DNA of 64,000 bases, taken from the IMG/VR virus record IMGVR_UViG_2687453424_000001; one strand, written 5' to 3'. Both the position numbers and the translations under genes were made by a program. Below, in pieces: positions 52,095-64,000 of the stretch. This DNA is from a virus. Its lineage: Duplodnaviria; Heunggongvirae; Uroviricota; Caudoviricetes. How positions within the stretch are numbered: position 1 is the first letter of the stretch; every line of letters begins with the position of its first letter. The notes under the pieces are model-generated. The model did no database searches. It was not told where the DNA came from and was given only the letters and a program-made list of their open reading frames with translations.

Positions 52095-55000
52095 TTAAAT
52101 TTGAGAAACGGGTCACCAGATCAATTACATTCCTTTTTCTCTAATAGGGCATTTTCTTGCCACACTTTACACTTCGAGTTAGCTTTTTATTTTGATGTAT
52201 CATTTTACACATAATCCATAATGGGGAACTTATTTTAATTGAAAAAAACAATACTGTATGTATCACTTGCTGAAAGAGATCAAAGGAAATAATTTGTCTC
52301 AGTATTTTAGAAATGGAAATAAAATGGCAAAAAGAAGATTCCCTAATTCCTGGTGTGTAATATGACTGATGAGAAAAGTAATGCTTTTCCTTGACATCTG
52401 CCTCTCCTTCCAAGTACAACACTGTCATTGTTTCCATAGGGTAAGATTAAGGCATTTTTTTATTTCCATTTTAATACAGCTTTTAAGGGCATACAGAAAA
52501 AGGGATAGAAATGATTCCCTGATTATCAGGCTATTTCTTGTGGAAAGCACCACCTCGAAGCTAACCCCTAACTCCCCAGTCACTGGAATTTTCTTCAGGG
52601 AAAAATTACTTTTGGGTAGAAAATAATAATAATAAAAAAAAAAGCAACACTTCATCCCTAAACTGTCAACTGCCATGTGAAATTGCTCAGTTTAGAAATG
52701 ACTGTCTTGAGAAACACAAAGCTGTTTTGCAGCTGCACAGCCTCTGTACTCTTATCTGCAGGTGAGACTCTTGGCCAGCCCGTATTATCCCTTGTGTCAC
52801 TGTCTTTCACTTGTGGAGTAGATGTGGCTGGTCCTTGCAGCAGTCATTGTGCCAGCCTGTACCAGAATCATTATCAGCTCTCTTAATTACATTAAGGAAA
52901 CATTCCAGTATGAAAGTTCTATGGTTTTATTCTGATACTTTTAATGAAAAACATGCTTGGTTGAAATACACCTATAACTTTCCATCAGTTCAGAATGATG
53001 AGGATAAACTGCATTGATCTACAGAACCCATTCTTGTGAAGCTGGTGATCCCAAGGACACTGCATCCCTGCCTGCTCACAAAAGCACGAGAGCTTTTGGA
53101 CATTTTCTCATTGTTAATGGATTTAAATCTTCTCTTGCTACTAGAGTTAGTGATGGAAATAGCTTCTTTGTTCCCTAGTCAGGTTACTGATGGTTGTTTC
53201 CTAAGAGTGGGAAAACAGAGTTTCAGTGCAGTGTTGGTGCAGTGGGTTCTGAGGGAACAGGGGAAACCTTCTTGCAGGAGAGTTTCCACTGATCTCAGAC
53301 TACATTTCAGTGAGAGAGAGTGGTTTTGCCATGAATTTCTCAGCATCCCACTTCAACATTATTCACATTGCGTTAGCCTCTAGAAATGCACCTGGAAAAA
53401 TACTCAGAATTAGGCTTTAGCTAGGAAAGGACCAAGCTCCCAGGTAGGTGCTTAAATGCTTTTCAGAATTGGGTCCTTGCAGAGAAACCTATATATAGAT
53501 ATATGGATTACATATATATATTTAGAGCTGGAAGCTTAGTGTGGCTCATTCTTGGCACTAAACACTAATTAACTGCAATTACTTACACCTATATTTGGGA
53601 AACACATACAAATATGAGCCATACAAAATTAGATGGTCTGACCTTTTGACAGGCTGTTTCAAATAATATTAGCTGTTCATATTAATAGAAATCAAATGTA
53701 ATAATTAGCAATTCAGAGAAAATTGTGGGAAAAATCAGAGTTACTCAGCGCGTTACTGGGGAAAGAATAAAGCTCTAAGATGGGCAAATTGCATTTGATG
53801 AATGCCACAGGTGCAATACTTTTCAATACACCTTTGCTGGGCTAATAGCAATAAATGAGGCTCTGAGCCCTGTGAGGAGTGCCAGGCACTCTTCTAATAA
53901 CAGTAATTCCAAAATTGTAGGTGAGTATGCTCTTAGAAATGAAAAGGAAAAATCAAAATACTGTCTCAGTCTTGTTGAAAGAAGCTTTTAACTTCTTTTA
54001 ATTTCTAACAAAAACATCCACAAAAAACAACTCAGAATTATACAACTTTTTGCTGTACAACTTTTGCCACTCCAGAAATGTGATAAATATATTTCAAAAA
54101 AACCTTTGGAGGACTGTGAACCTTGATTCAAACCTGGGTCTCCGGGTAATAACTCACTGAGTAAGGCCAGAAATACAGGGGAGGATAAAGATCCTGCAGA
54201 TCTTCACTGCAGAATGGACAGGTTTTGATGACTTTTTTGTCTTACCTATCTTCTCAAACCTGCCTATTTTCCCAACTTCTCCTTCATATGAACCAGCAGC
54301 AGAAGTGAGCTTTAGGGGAGGCTGGAAAGAACGGGAGGATCACAGAGTTGGTTCTGTGACTCACAAAGGGGTTTAAATGCACCAGGAGCACTTGGCAGTC
54401 GTCAGCAATGATCTGGCACTTGGGAATACTTGCACCCAGCTAATTATATGACCTGTGCTATCTACATACTTGGCTTTAACAGCAAACTTTGAGGGATTTC
54501 CTACCACATATGTAGGAATTTACATCCAGATTTTGCAGTTCAAACATTCCTAGCTGAAATATATATGTTTGGCCATTGTACCACTGCTAATTTATTGGAA
54601 GCTTTTGCAAAGGTGTTAAAGAGACATGGAGGATAGCAGCATGTTTCGCCTTGGGTGAATAAGTTGGCTGCTTTTGGATATTGTGGATGATGACATTTCT
54701 TCTTCAGATAGCTAGTCATTTAAATTGATGAGCATAAAATATCTATTCTGCTAGAGAAGGTAAACTTCAATCTGGCTGAAAGTAGTATTGTCATGTATTT
54801 GACACAGAAAAAGGGATGAACAGCTGGGGATTGATGCGTTAGGAACTTGTGGCTGTTGCTGTGCTTCAGCTGTGGATGCAGCACAGGGCTGCCCAGGCTT
54901 ACTTTGCAGCAAGGTGAGGGCAAACTATTATTTTGAACATCTCTGACTTTCTGCTACTCCAGGCTTCTCAGTTTCATGTGATTGTTCTTTCAGCAGGCCC

Positions 55001-58000
55001 ATGACTTCCCATGGGGTTAAAGCATCCCTCCAGACTACAGACTGCCTGGTTCCCCTTATGATACTTGTTTGGGGAATGCTGCTGCTCCCAGTTTATGCCA
55101 GTTGGGGTAATGGGTGTCTACTGTGTGGGTAGTTGCCTACGGAATCTGCGCAGGTACACCTTATTCACTTCACAGATTTTGCTTTTCCTGAGTACGGTCT
55201 TCTCTCTCTGACTGCTCTTAGGGGAAATTGTGTAGGATTTTTTAAAAATGTATTCTTGTTGTCCTTGTCAAAATCATCTTGTTTGGGAAAGCAACTACAC
55301 CGTATTCAGAAGACACTTTTTCAATGTTTTGTTTCTCCAGCTGCTTGAAAGCAGCATTTTACAAAGCCGTAGTGGAATGGCAAATGTACATAAAGAAACC
55401 AGCCTGCAGGTGCTTACCACCTACATTTAACTGTAATATAAATGCCAATTAATGCACATATTGACAATTTGTTAGATCTTTAACACTTGTATGAACAATA
55501 AACCAAAAAAGTCAGATGGAATAAAACGCCTTTTCAGTCTAAAATAAAGTAGTTCCTTGCTTGCATTGCTTGCATAGAGGAACTTTCCTTCAACAGCCTG
55601 GCTGTCCTCCCGGTTATGGTTCAGAGGCCTTTGCAACTACATTGGGAGAACATTAACAGCAGCTGTCAAGTGTGGAAGTCTCACAGGTGGAAGGTATAGG
55701 CAGATGTTCCTCAGCTTGTCCTTCTTTGCTGTCTCCTGGGATACAACATGCTTTCTGCAAAGGCATAGCTGGTGTGTAAAGAAGAATGCATGTGCCGCTC
55801 CAGAGCTGATCTTTCTGGTAGGAGGCAATGGTCTTTCTGGCTGTTTATCTGCAGTAACTTCACTCACAGCCTTCTCCCAGTGCTTTTTCCTAGAGGGAGC
55901 ACTGCTGATCCAGCAGCTTGAGAATGATGCAGGCTGTGTGGGTTTAGGTTGCTGCAAACTCCCTCAGACAAATATCTGTAATAGAACTGTCTAAATAGTT
56001 CAGTGCTTCCTGGTCATGTCAGCAGGTACTGCCCCAAAATGAGAGCTACTGCCCTCCAAAGGCACAGGCTTACAAAGTGACCTGAGAGTGGTCTGTTGCT
56101 GCAGCAGTGTGGCATCTGCTCTGTATGTTGCAACTTTGATCAAGCAGGTAATTGGAGAAGACAACAAATGAGAAACCTGGATATTGTCCTCTCTGCTCTC
56201 AAAGACATTTTCTGTGTAATCTGGAAGCTCTGAGTATATGTCTTTGTCTCAGATACAGAGGAGGGACAGGTAATGAAGATTACTAGAAAGAAAAGTGAGC
56301 ATATTGAATTAATTTGCTTAACTCATATGGGCACATTATCACATCAAGTTTCATTTCCAAATTTTTAACCTCTCTCAAAACCCATATTTGAGCATGAAAC
56401 TGCTCTTCTCAGCTGGTAAATCCTCTGCATAAAAACTTGCTCTCTCCAAATCTGAAGGCTGAAGAGGAACATCAATCATGAGTATCTCCCATATCTGCTG
56501 TAATCATATCTATTTAAAATCTACATGCTAAAATTAAGAGATCAAACTCAGCCTGTGCAACAACCAGCAGCTAATGAGCTCATTGTGTGGAGAAAGCAGA
56601 TAGACACCCTATTTTCTTTTATTTACTGACAGTTGCTGAGGCTTATTTGTACTTATCACACACAATGGAGCGGACAAGTTGGCAGTATTTTGTGGCACGC
56701 CCTGCAGCATTTCATCCATGCTGTCAAATGTGGCATGAAACTGAGCCTCTAGTTTCAGCTGCAAGAAGGAAAAGCAGCAGATATTCCTAAAAGAGGGGTT
56801 TATTTGTTCTTTGTTCTTGTCTTCTTAGGACTGTGGTCAGCCCTGACAACTGAGCCTGTACACTGAATACGTTGTAGAGATGATTTTCAGCTTGCTAACT
56901 CCAAAACCATCAGAACATATAGTTGAATTTGCTAGTTTAGCGATATGGGTTCAATTACAACCTAAGTGCATTACAGATGTGAATGCAGATTGATGTTGCA
57001 GAAGGAAGGTGCAATGGCAGACAGAAATGGTTCAACTCTCTTGTATGGCAGCTGTTTGATGAAAGGAAGTTCCAGGGATGGCTTTGAATTGTCACCAGTG
57101 TGTGCTGCGTTGCTGCTAACCCTCGGCCAGATGGGCTCTGGTGGCGTGGATGCAGAGCTGGTTGCTACTTGCGAGAGCCAGTGAGCAGCCCACTCTGTGC
57201 ATGTACTTGGGAAAGCTCCTGAACTCCCGCTTGCTGTGGGATAAAAAGGAAATTCAATTGTTTTATCTGGAGTCTGGAGATAGGATGTGTGAGATCAAAG
57301 TGAAAACATTGCCTTGAAGTCGTGCTTTCCTCGAAGATTTCCCTCACTTGCAGCTGAAGTTACTCCCTAGACTCTGTAAGGAGTCTCAGAAATGGGGACC
57401 AACTTCTGCCTTTGCGATACTGAGAAGACTGAACCTGTTAAACCATGCAGGTGCTCTTGGGGGCAGAGCATAGGGAAAAATGCCCTTTCCTCACTCGTGG
57501 TCACTGACAGAAGAAACCTGATGGGGCTTTCTGAATGGTGTGCTGGTCCTGGGAACCCCGACCACCAAAGAACCCCTGTACCACCTGCCCTCAGCCACTC
57601 TGTGGCCATGTGGGGATGGAGAGCAGTCAGGTCATGCACAGCTTTCTTCTGCTGTCCCCTATGGTGGGAGTTGCCATTACTTCTCAAAGGCTGATTTGGA
57701 AAAGTGATGTTTCATGAAAAAAGCAGCAGATTTGGGCATTTGCTTTACTTACTTAGATATGGCAAAGACAATTAGAAGTCACAACCTTGCATTTAATCTC
57801 TGAGGAGGTTAAAATCCAGTGCACTAAGTTAGATTTTGCAAGAGTTGAATGTACAAAAAATACAGCAGGTGCACAAAAAATTACCTGTGAATTTGTACAG
57901 AACAGTTTTAGCAGGCAGTAGGCATCATACATGTGTGTCTATTCTCTTATTTTGTTCAGTAACTAATCTGTTTTGGAGACAGCGTGCATAACGGGGCTTC

Positions 58001-61000
58001 CTATTGCCTCAACACATTAATGAGGTTTATTTTTTGCAAAACTGGGCTGCAAAAGATTAAACCACTAATGACTGTGATTTTCATGCTTCTTTTTTGAAGT
58101 TTGTATTTGGTACCACACTTCAACACCAGAGAAAAATTCTCAGTATTATGCATTAATAAACATTTCACATATTTTTATGAAAGAAATCTGTGAGTTAACG
58201 GTATTGCAGTACTTTACTTATGAGAATATGTTTCTTAATTACAATAAGCTAGTGTTTCATGATAGGATAATGAGAGCAGAGCATTTTCATGAGCCCTATC
58301 TACTCCCACAGTTAGGGGTGTCTTTCTTTGTTCTGCAGTGTCATGAGAAAAATGACATTATTTTTTTCTCTCTTAGGTAGCACATACAAAAAAAGAGTTT
58401 CATAGTAAACCATACTGAGTCAATGAAAAACAGTTGTGATATGTTACCAATTATTTATGAAGGGAATCTTGGAGAAATGCTCTGAATATAGTACTTTTCT
58501 GCTTTTGTGTACTTCCTGTATTTTTTAAAATAACACAATTATTTAGGTTTGAAGATAAAATTCTCCTTTTCTGCTGCACAAACCTATGCACGCAGGTAGA
58601 TTCACCTTTTCAATGAATAATGGAGGGCTTTCTAATCTAGCAAAAGGCAGAAAATAAGCTAATGCCTGGAAGCTCTGGCTTGTGCAATTCAAACTTTAAG
58701 TAAGTATTTTAGCACTTTTAAAGAACAAAGATAAGTGCTGGTGTAGTTTCCTCAGAGAAGTGTTAGATTTTCCATGGAATATATTCTTCCAGTACAAAGA
58801 AATGTAATTATAAGTGTTGGACTTTATGTAGGAATTATAGAAAAACTGGAGAGTTTCTCTATTATTATAGAATTATGCCTACGGTTATGCAAAGAGAGCA
58901 GATGACAAATCACTGTGGCTACTTTTTTTTTTCATTCAAATTTATTAATTCATTCTACGTACTCAAAACACCACAAAATCCTTGTGTTTTTTTGGCTCTG
59001 CTCTGCATTCTTCTTTTGTTTGAGCTCTCTAAAGTCGCTACTTGGGCTTTTTGAATTTTCCAGGATGCAGTGGACTATATAGCATCCCCAGCAGAGCAGC
59101 AGTCGCCTGGGGAATATTACAGGGCAGCTGTTCTTCAGTAGTCAGTGAGTCTTCTCTTTAGTTTATTACTTAATTTTCCTGTTTTATATTCCATAGGAAT
59201 ACATCTACTTAAAGCTGAAGAACAGCTAGCTGTTTTTCTTCAAAACAGTTTAAATGCCATTCTGTAGTATGAATGTCCCTGACTTGCTGCATTAGGAGTG
59301 TCCAAGCAGAAGCAGAGAGGCAAGGGAGCTGGTGGTGGCTGCTTTGAGCTTGGAAAACAAAAACACAGCAGAACAAACAAGTGCTAGTGGAGCAACTGGG
59401 AAATTTAATGCCTGGTTTGACATCCTTCAGTTCATTAAACATCTCGGTGACTAATGGTGTATGTGAGATGGTAAATGGTATGTATGCTCTTTTATTTTTT
59501 TTTCCCAGAAATTGACAATTTTATCGAGTGCATTATAACAAGAAAGAATATGAGTCACTAATAAATAACCCCTAAAGATAAGCAAGGAAGAAAGGATACA
59601 GTAACAGCTTAACACAGGTAAATTGGCATAACACAACTGTAGCATTTGTCGTTTTCATTAGATACTGAATTTGGCTAGTCTTGTGTGATTGCGGAGAATT
59701 ACTGGCTGTTCTTGAAAAGTTGAAGGACTCTTAAATATTGCCTTGTTGAGAGATAAAGTACACAGGTGGAGGTACAAAAGCTCAGGTTGAATGCTCTGCA
59801 GTTGAATCTTTGCTCTACCATAAATAATCACCCTTCCCTAGGACAGTTCCTGTCTCCAGGTCTGAATTACGCCTGGGATCTGCTGCCTCTGTTGAGGACA
59901 GGGTAAGGTCACACCGCTTAGTTGGTCCCAGTCCCCCAGAAAAAAAAGTAGGGCTTTTGGGCTCGCACTGAGGACTCTGTCCCCAGTTTTTCTAAGGAAA
60001 AACATTGGGGTTTTTTTTAGCAAAAAAATTTCAAAGGGACACCTAACAGTGAGGCAGGAAAAAAATAAACCCTAAAACCCAAAATTTGTGACCAGTTCTA
60101 TGAATAGTCTTTTTTTTACAAGGCCAGCTTACACGTTTTAAGAAATTTCAACAGATATTTCAGTAGATCGGTTCTTGGCTATGCATGATTCCTTTTTATG
60201 CTGTTATAGTCCTTCCTCATATTCTTTTATAGAATATGACATCACCAATATCTGTAGCACCAGTCACTGTATTGGCAGAGCCTGGGATTCCATGCGTGTG
60301 GAAATGTCAGATTCATAAAATGCCATGGTAAACTGGAATTCATAAATCAGTCACAAATGAGTTTCATTAAGCTCAGTGTTAAAAGAAGGCAAAAGCTGTA
60401 GAGGATTCATAAATAATGTAAAATTAATTAGAAAATATTTATAGGAAAGGTGATTAAAAGTCACCAGTATTTTTTCACAACAGTCCAAACAGGTCTGTAG
60501 TAAGCTGAGAAGTCCATAATTTCTTTTTATTTTATTAAGTCTCATCTAGAAATCACCTAGTTCTGTTTGCAAGCAGCACTCTTGTCAGATACAGTAGCCT
60601 GGGATACTTGCTGCAAGACTGAAAGAGTTGTTCAAGAGGAAAGTAGTGTGATGTTATCTAGATAGCAGTGGCTGCAGAAGTAAATAATTTAATTCTTCTT
60701 TCATAGCACCTGCAGAGAGAACGACGATACAGAGATATGTAGAGCTCTGTGTAGCTCCCCAGCGCTGAGACGTGGAGAATTGTGATCAGAGACATGTATG
60801 TTCTTGAGGATCTGCCAGTCTGCGTGGAGCTGTAACCTATCCTTTGGGAAAACCCAGGTTACCATTTTCTTTTTGCCAGTCCCTGTTGGGTCTGTGAGAG
60901 TAGCAGGATCTCTCTGGTGTTGGTCTGTGTGTGAGACTGTGGGGTTGCAGATGAGGTGTAGCTGCTTTGTGGTGCCAGATGTTTAAGCTGTTTTTCTCTG

Positions 61001-63536
61001 CTTTGCTTTCGCCCACCAAATGTCCTCAAGGTGTTTGGTTGAGTACCAATATCTTCTTGTAAGCTGTATCTTAGGGAAAGCTGCCTCAGTGGCCACACCA
61101 GATCTTGAAATCTAGTTCCCATGCTGAACATTACACAAGAGCTGCTGCCCTTGTGCTGGAGAGGGCATTACTGGACAGATCAAGCACAAATACAGCTGTG
61201 TGTTTGCAGTGCCTGGTCAGCTGCTCTCCATGCCACTTCCATCCAGCTCTGAGTGAGCACCTAAATTTGGTCCTGTAAAGGTCTCTTTCTATACAGCATA
61301 TTTAATTTAGAGTAATACATTATGATGATTTTTTCAGTTGTTGGTGTATGGGTAAAGCCTGGTAATACAAAAAAGTAGTTAAAATGATTCAAGTTGTTCA
61401 CACTGCAGGATGTACCAGATGCCACAGTCTGCCCTTGAAAGAGATAGGCTTGCTGACCTGATACTCTGGGTTTCTTACATCTGAGTTATATGGTTCGGTT
61501 TTATTACACATAGGGTGTTAGGTTAGGATCAGGTTGTTATCTTGGCCATGTCATCTACCTTCAGTTACACAAAAGTAAGCAGGCCCAAGAAATTTTCTTC
61601 TGATATTATTCTGTATTTTAAGGCATTTCACTGTAAGCAGCTCTGAATGTAGCAGTGACCTCTTTACTGCTTTTAAAATGAAAGATCTCTCAAGCCATAG
61701 AGGTTTGAAAAAAAATAAAAGCAAAAGTACAGAGCTGAAATGAAATTCCCTAAGCACAGCCAGCATCTCCTGTGCTCCTTTGCACTGTTTTCCATTTTGG
61801 GCACAAAATAAAAAGTGTGTCTTGGCTGTGTATAATTAATGTCATGGAACTGTGATCCTGTCATGACACGAGCTGTATCACTGAGAGCAGAAGGTAAGAA
61901 GAAATCATGATTGCTCAGCAATTTACACAGGAGGATGAAGGGGAAAGGCATTTTAAATTAACGGTTCTAAGGCCTTGATGTTGCCCTGCCACATTTCATA
62001 AATCTTTTCTGAGCAATATCTCCTGTGAAAGGGACTTCACAGTTGCTTAGGGAATACCAAACAGGTACCTTTTTTCAGAAGGAAACTGTTTTTACATTTT
62101 ACTTCAAAATGCACCCCATGGAAGGCAGTAGTGTTTCAACTTATGCAGTAGCACTAGATGTCTACTGACTGCAAAGAAGAGTCCTTCTCGAAGCCATTTC
62201 TCTTTGAAACAATGCCTGTCCCCTTTGATAAAAGGTTGAGCTCCCCCCACCGTGCTTGAGTGCCACAGCAGAGAGCTGTTTGAAGGCTGGTCCCACGCCA
62301 GCAAGGCAGAAATGTCCCTTGCATCTCACAGCCCGGCTGCAAGCTCAGACCCCAGCATGCCACCACCCTCAGTACATGGGTGGCTCTGCCTTTGAGAGAG
62401 GTCTGTAGCTCTGTGTGCACTGCAAAATCAGTTACTTCATATAAGCACCACAGCACATTTCAACCTTTCTTTAAGACAACTGGGGAGCAGGTTTAGGTAC
62501 TTCTAAAGCTCTGGGAATATAGCAGGGGTGGGAAAACCCAGTGCACATGGTATTTGCAGCACTGAACTTTCATTTGGGGTGTTTCAGCAGCAGCACTGTG
62601 GCAATAGGCAGTGTTTCTCCATAACAGTTGCCCCATTACAAGGCTTTCTGCATCTTTTGGCAGAGCAGGCAACACGTCTTTACGGCATCTGTCGTAGGTA
62701 ACCTCACATGTTGTATAGGTTCCTCTCAAAGATTTTAGTAATGGAGCAGATCAGTCTTCATGCGAACTGTTTGCATTAACTGGCATTTACAACACAGTAG
62801 TTAGTGAATAGTCAGAGAAAGATAGATGTCCTGCCTTAATATATTCAGTAGCTGTTTATGTTCCTTATAGTACCTCTTCCAATGCACAAAAAGCTTTTAC
62901 CTCACATTGCCTGCTCTTGGGTACTAAAAACACTTGAGTGATAGCACAAGTGACTCCCTTATGACAGTTATTTCCCCAAAATAATTCCTTATGCCTCCCT
63001 CATGATTGTCATTTGCTACAAAGTCATTTCCACTATGATCCATACAGTACCACTAATGCATTTTGTGACTAAAAGCAACCCCTGCTTAGCACTGGAATCC
63101 TAAAAAGGTTGCATACAAAAAAACAAAGAGGAAAAAATTGCACCATGTGTCCACAGGCAAAGACACAGGGAAGGGATTGGAAGATGAAGGCAAGGTTTCC
63201 CCTGAGCTGGCAGGGCAGCTAGAAGCTGTTCAGAGGGTCACAGTGCAAGGGCAAAGTGCTTCCTCTGTGCCTTGATGGTCACAGCCAGCCACAGCAACAG
63301 CACCTCCTCAATTTTCTGTGGGAGGAGCAAGATCATGTCCAGGGAGCAGAGAGAAGAGGATGCTGTGAGGTCTGACTAGACCTTTATAGCACACTTATGG
63401 GAGAGCACAGCTCCATGTACTGGCCAGTGCTGCCTCTGGCCATGCCCAGCAGCTCTATTTTACCTTCCCAACCTGCAAGCTGGGGGGCTGGTGTGGCCAT
63501 CATGTTAGCACTGCCCCAGCTAGCGCTACAGTTTTG

Positions 63537-64000
63537 TGTAAGTGTCGTGATAAGCTGTCGTGGTTTAAGCCAGTCGGCAAGTCAGCCACACAGTTTCTAC
63601 TCCCCCCCAGCCCCCGGAGGGATGGGGAGAAGAATTGAAAGAATGTAACTCCCACAGGTTGAGATAAGAACAGTCCAGTAACTAAGGTATAACATAAACC
63701 ACTGCTGCTACCACCAATAATAATAATGATAAGAGAAATAACAAGGGAAGAGAATACGATACCACCTGCCGAAAACGAACGTGACTGAAGCAGAGAGTGC
63801 CCTTCCAGGTAACTCTCAGTTACATCCTGGGCCTGACGTGCTGTGGTATGGAATACCTCTTTGGCTAGTTTGGGTCAGGTGTCCTGTCCCTGCTTCCTCC
63901 CGGCTTCCCCTCCTCTCTGGCAGAGCATGAGACTCACAAAGTCCTTGGTCAGAGTAAACATTCTGACCAGCAATTGAAAACGTCGGTTTTATCAGTATTA
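63537..64000 (+). mobile_element. LTR of an avian endogenous-retrovirus-like element, truncated by the window end
   Basis: gctgtcgtggtttaagccagtcggcaagtcagccacacag...ctcccccccagcccccggagggatggggagaagaattgaaagaatgtaactcccacaggttgagataagaacagtccagtaac...ctgtggtatggaatacctctttggctagtttgggtcaggtgtcctgtccctgcttcctccc. From memory this closely resembles a widespread bird LTR family (tgtggtttaaccccagc...gggatgggggagagaatc...gtgggttgagataaagacagttt...tggtatggaatatccctttggtcagttggggtcagctgtcctggctgtgtcccctccc). Left boundary uncertain. Confidence 0.65.

Noticed and set aside
1-64000. Prokaryotic-style features (operons, CRISPR arrays, defence islands, RBS or promoter motifs)
   Set aside because: CpG depletion, CR1 LINE and ERV-LTR content, scaffold-style N gaps and the absence of dense long ORFs show this is vertebrate nuclear DNA; prokaryotic annotation does not apply.

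Overview
This window reads as vertebrate nuclear DNA, most consistent with a bird (or other sauropsid) genome, not a prokaryotic locus. It is AT-rich, strongly CpG-depleted, and contains two runs of N (4054-8154 and 33744-37448) that are scaffold gaps. I could not support any protein-coding gene, RNA gene, CRISPR array or operon-like system. The supplied six-frame ORFs are short chance ORFs, antisense or frameshifted read-through of retrotransposon remnants, low-complexity artefacts, or translations of N runs. What the sequence does show is a landscape of decayed CR1 (chicken-repeat-1) LINE fragments: ten with the characteristic 3' end or ORF2 reverse-transcriptase motifs, plus one older LINE RT remnant. 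There is also an ERV-type LTR fragment at the right edge, several microsatellite and homopolymer tracts, and a purine-rich low-complexity block. The most checkable observations are that both gaps are flanked by near-identical sequence, suggesting overlapping contig ends, and that two roughly 93%-identical CR1 copies lie in inverted orientation about 29 kb apart. All coordinates for repeats are approximate (about ±20 bp), and every family assignment is from recalled consensus sequence, not a database search. I found no evidence of a novel biological system here.
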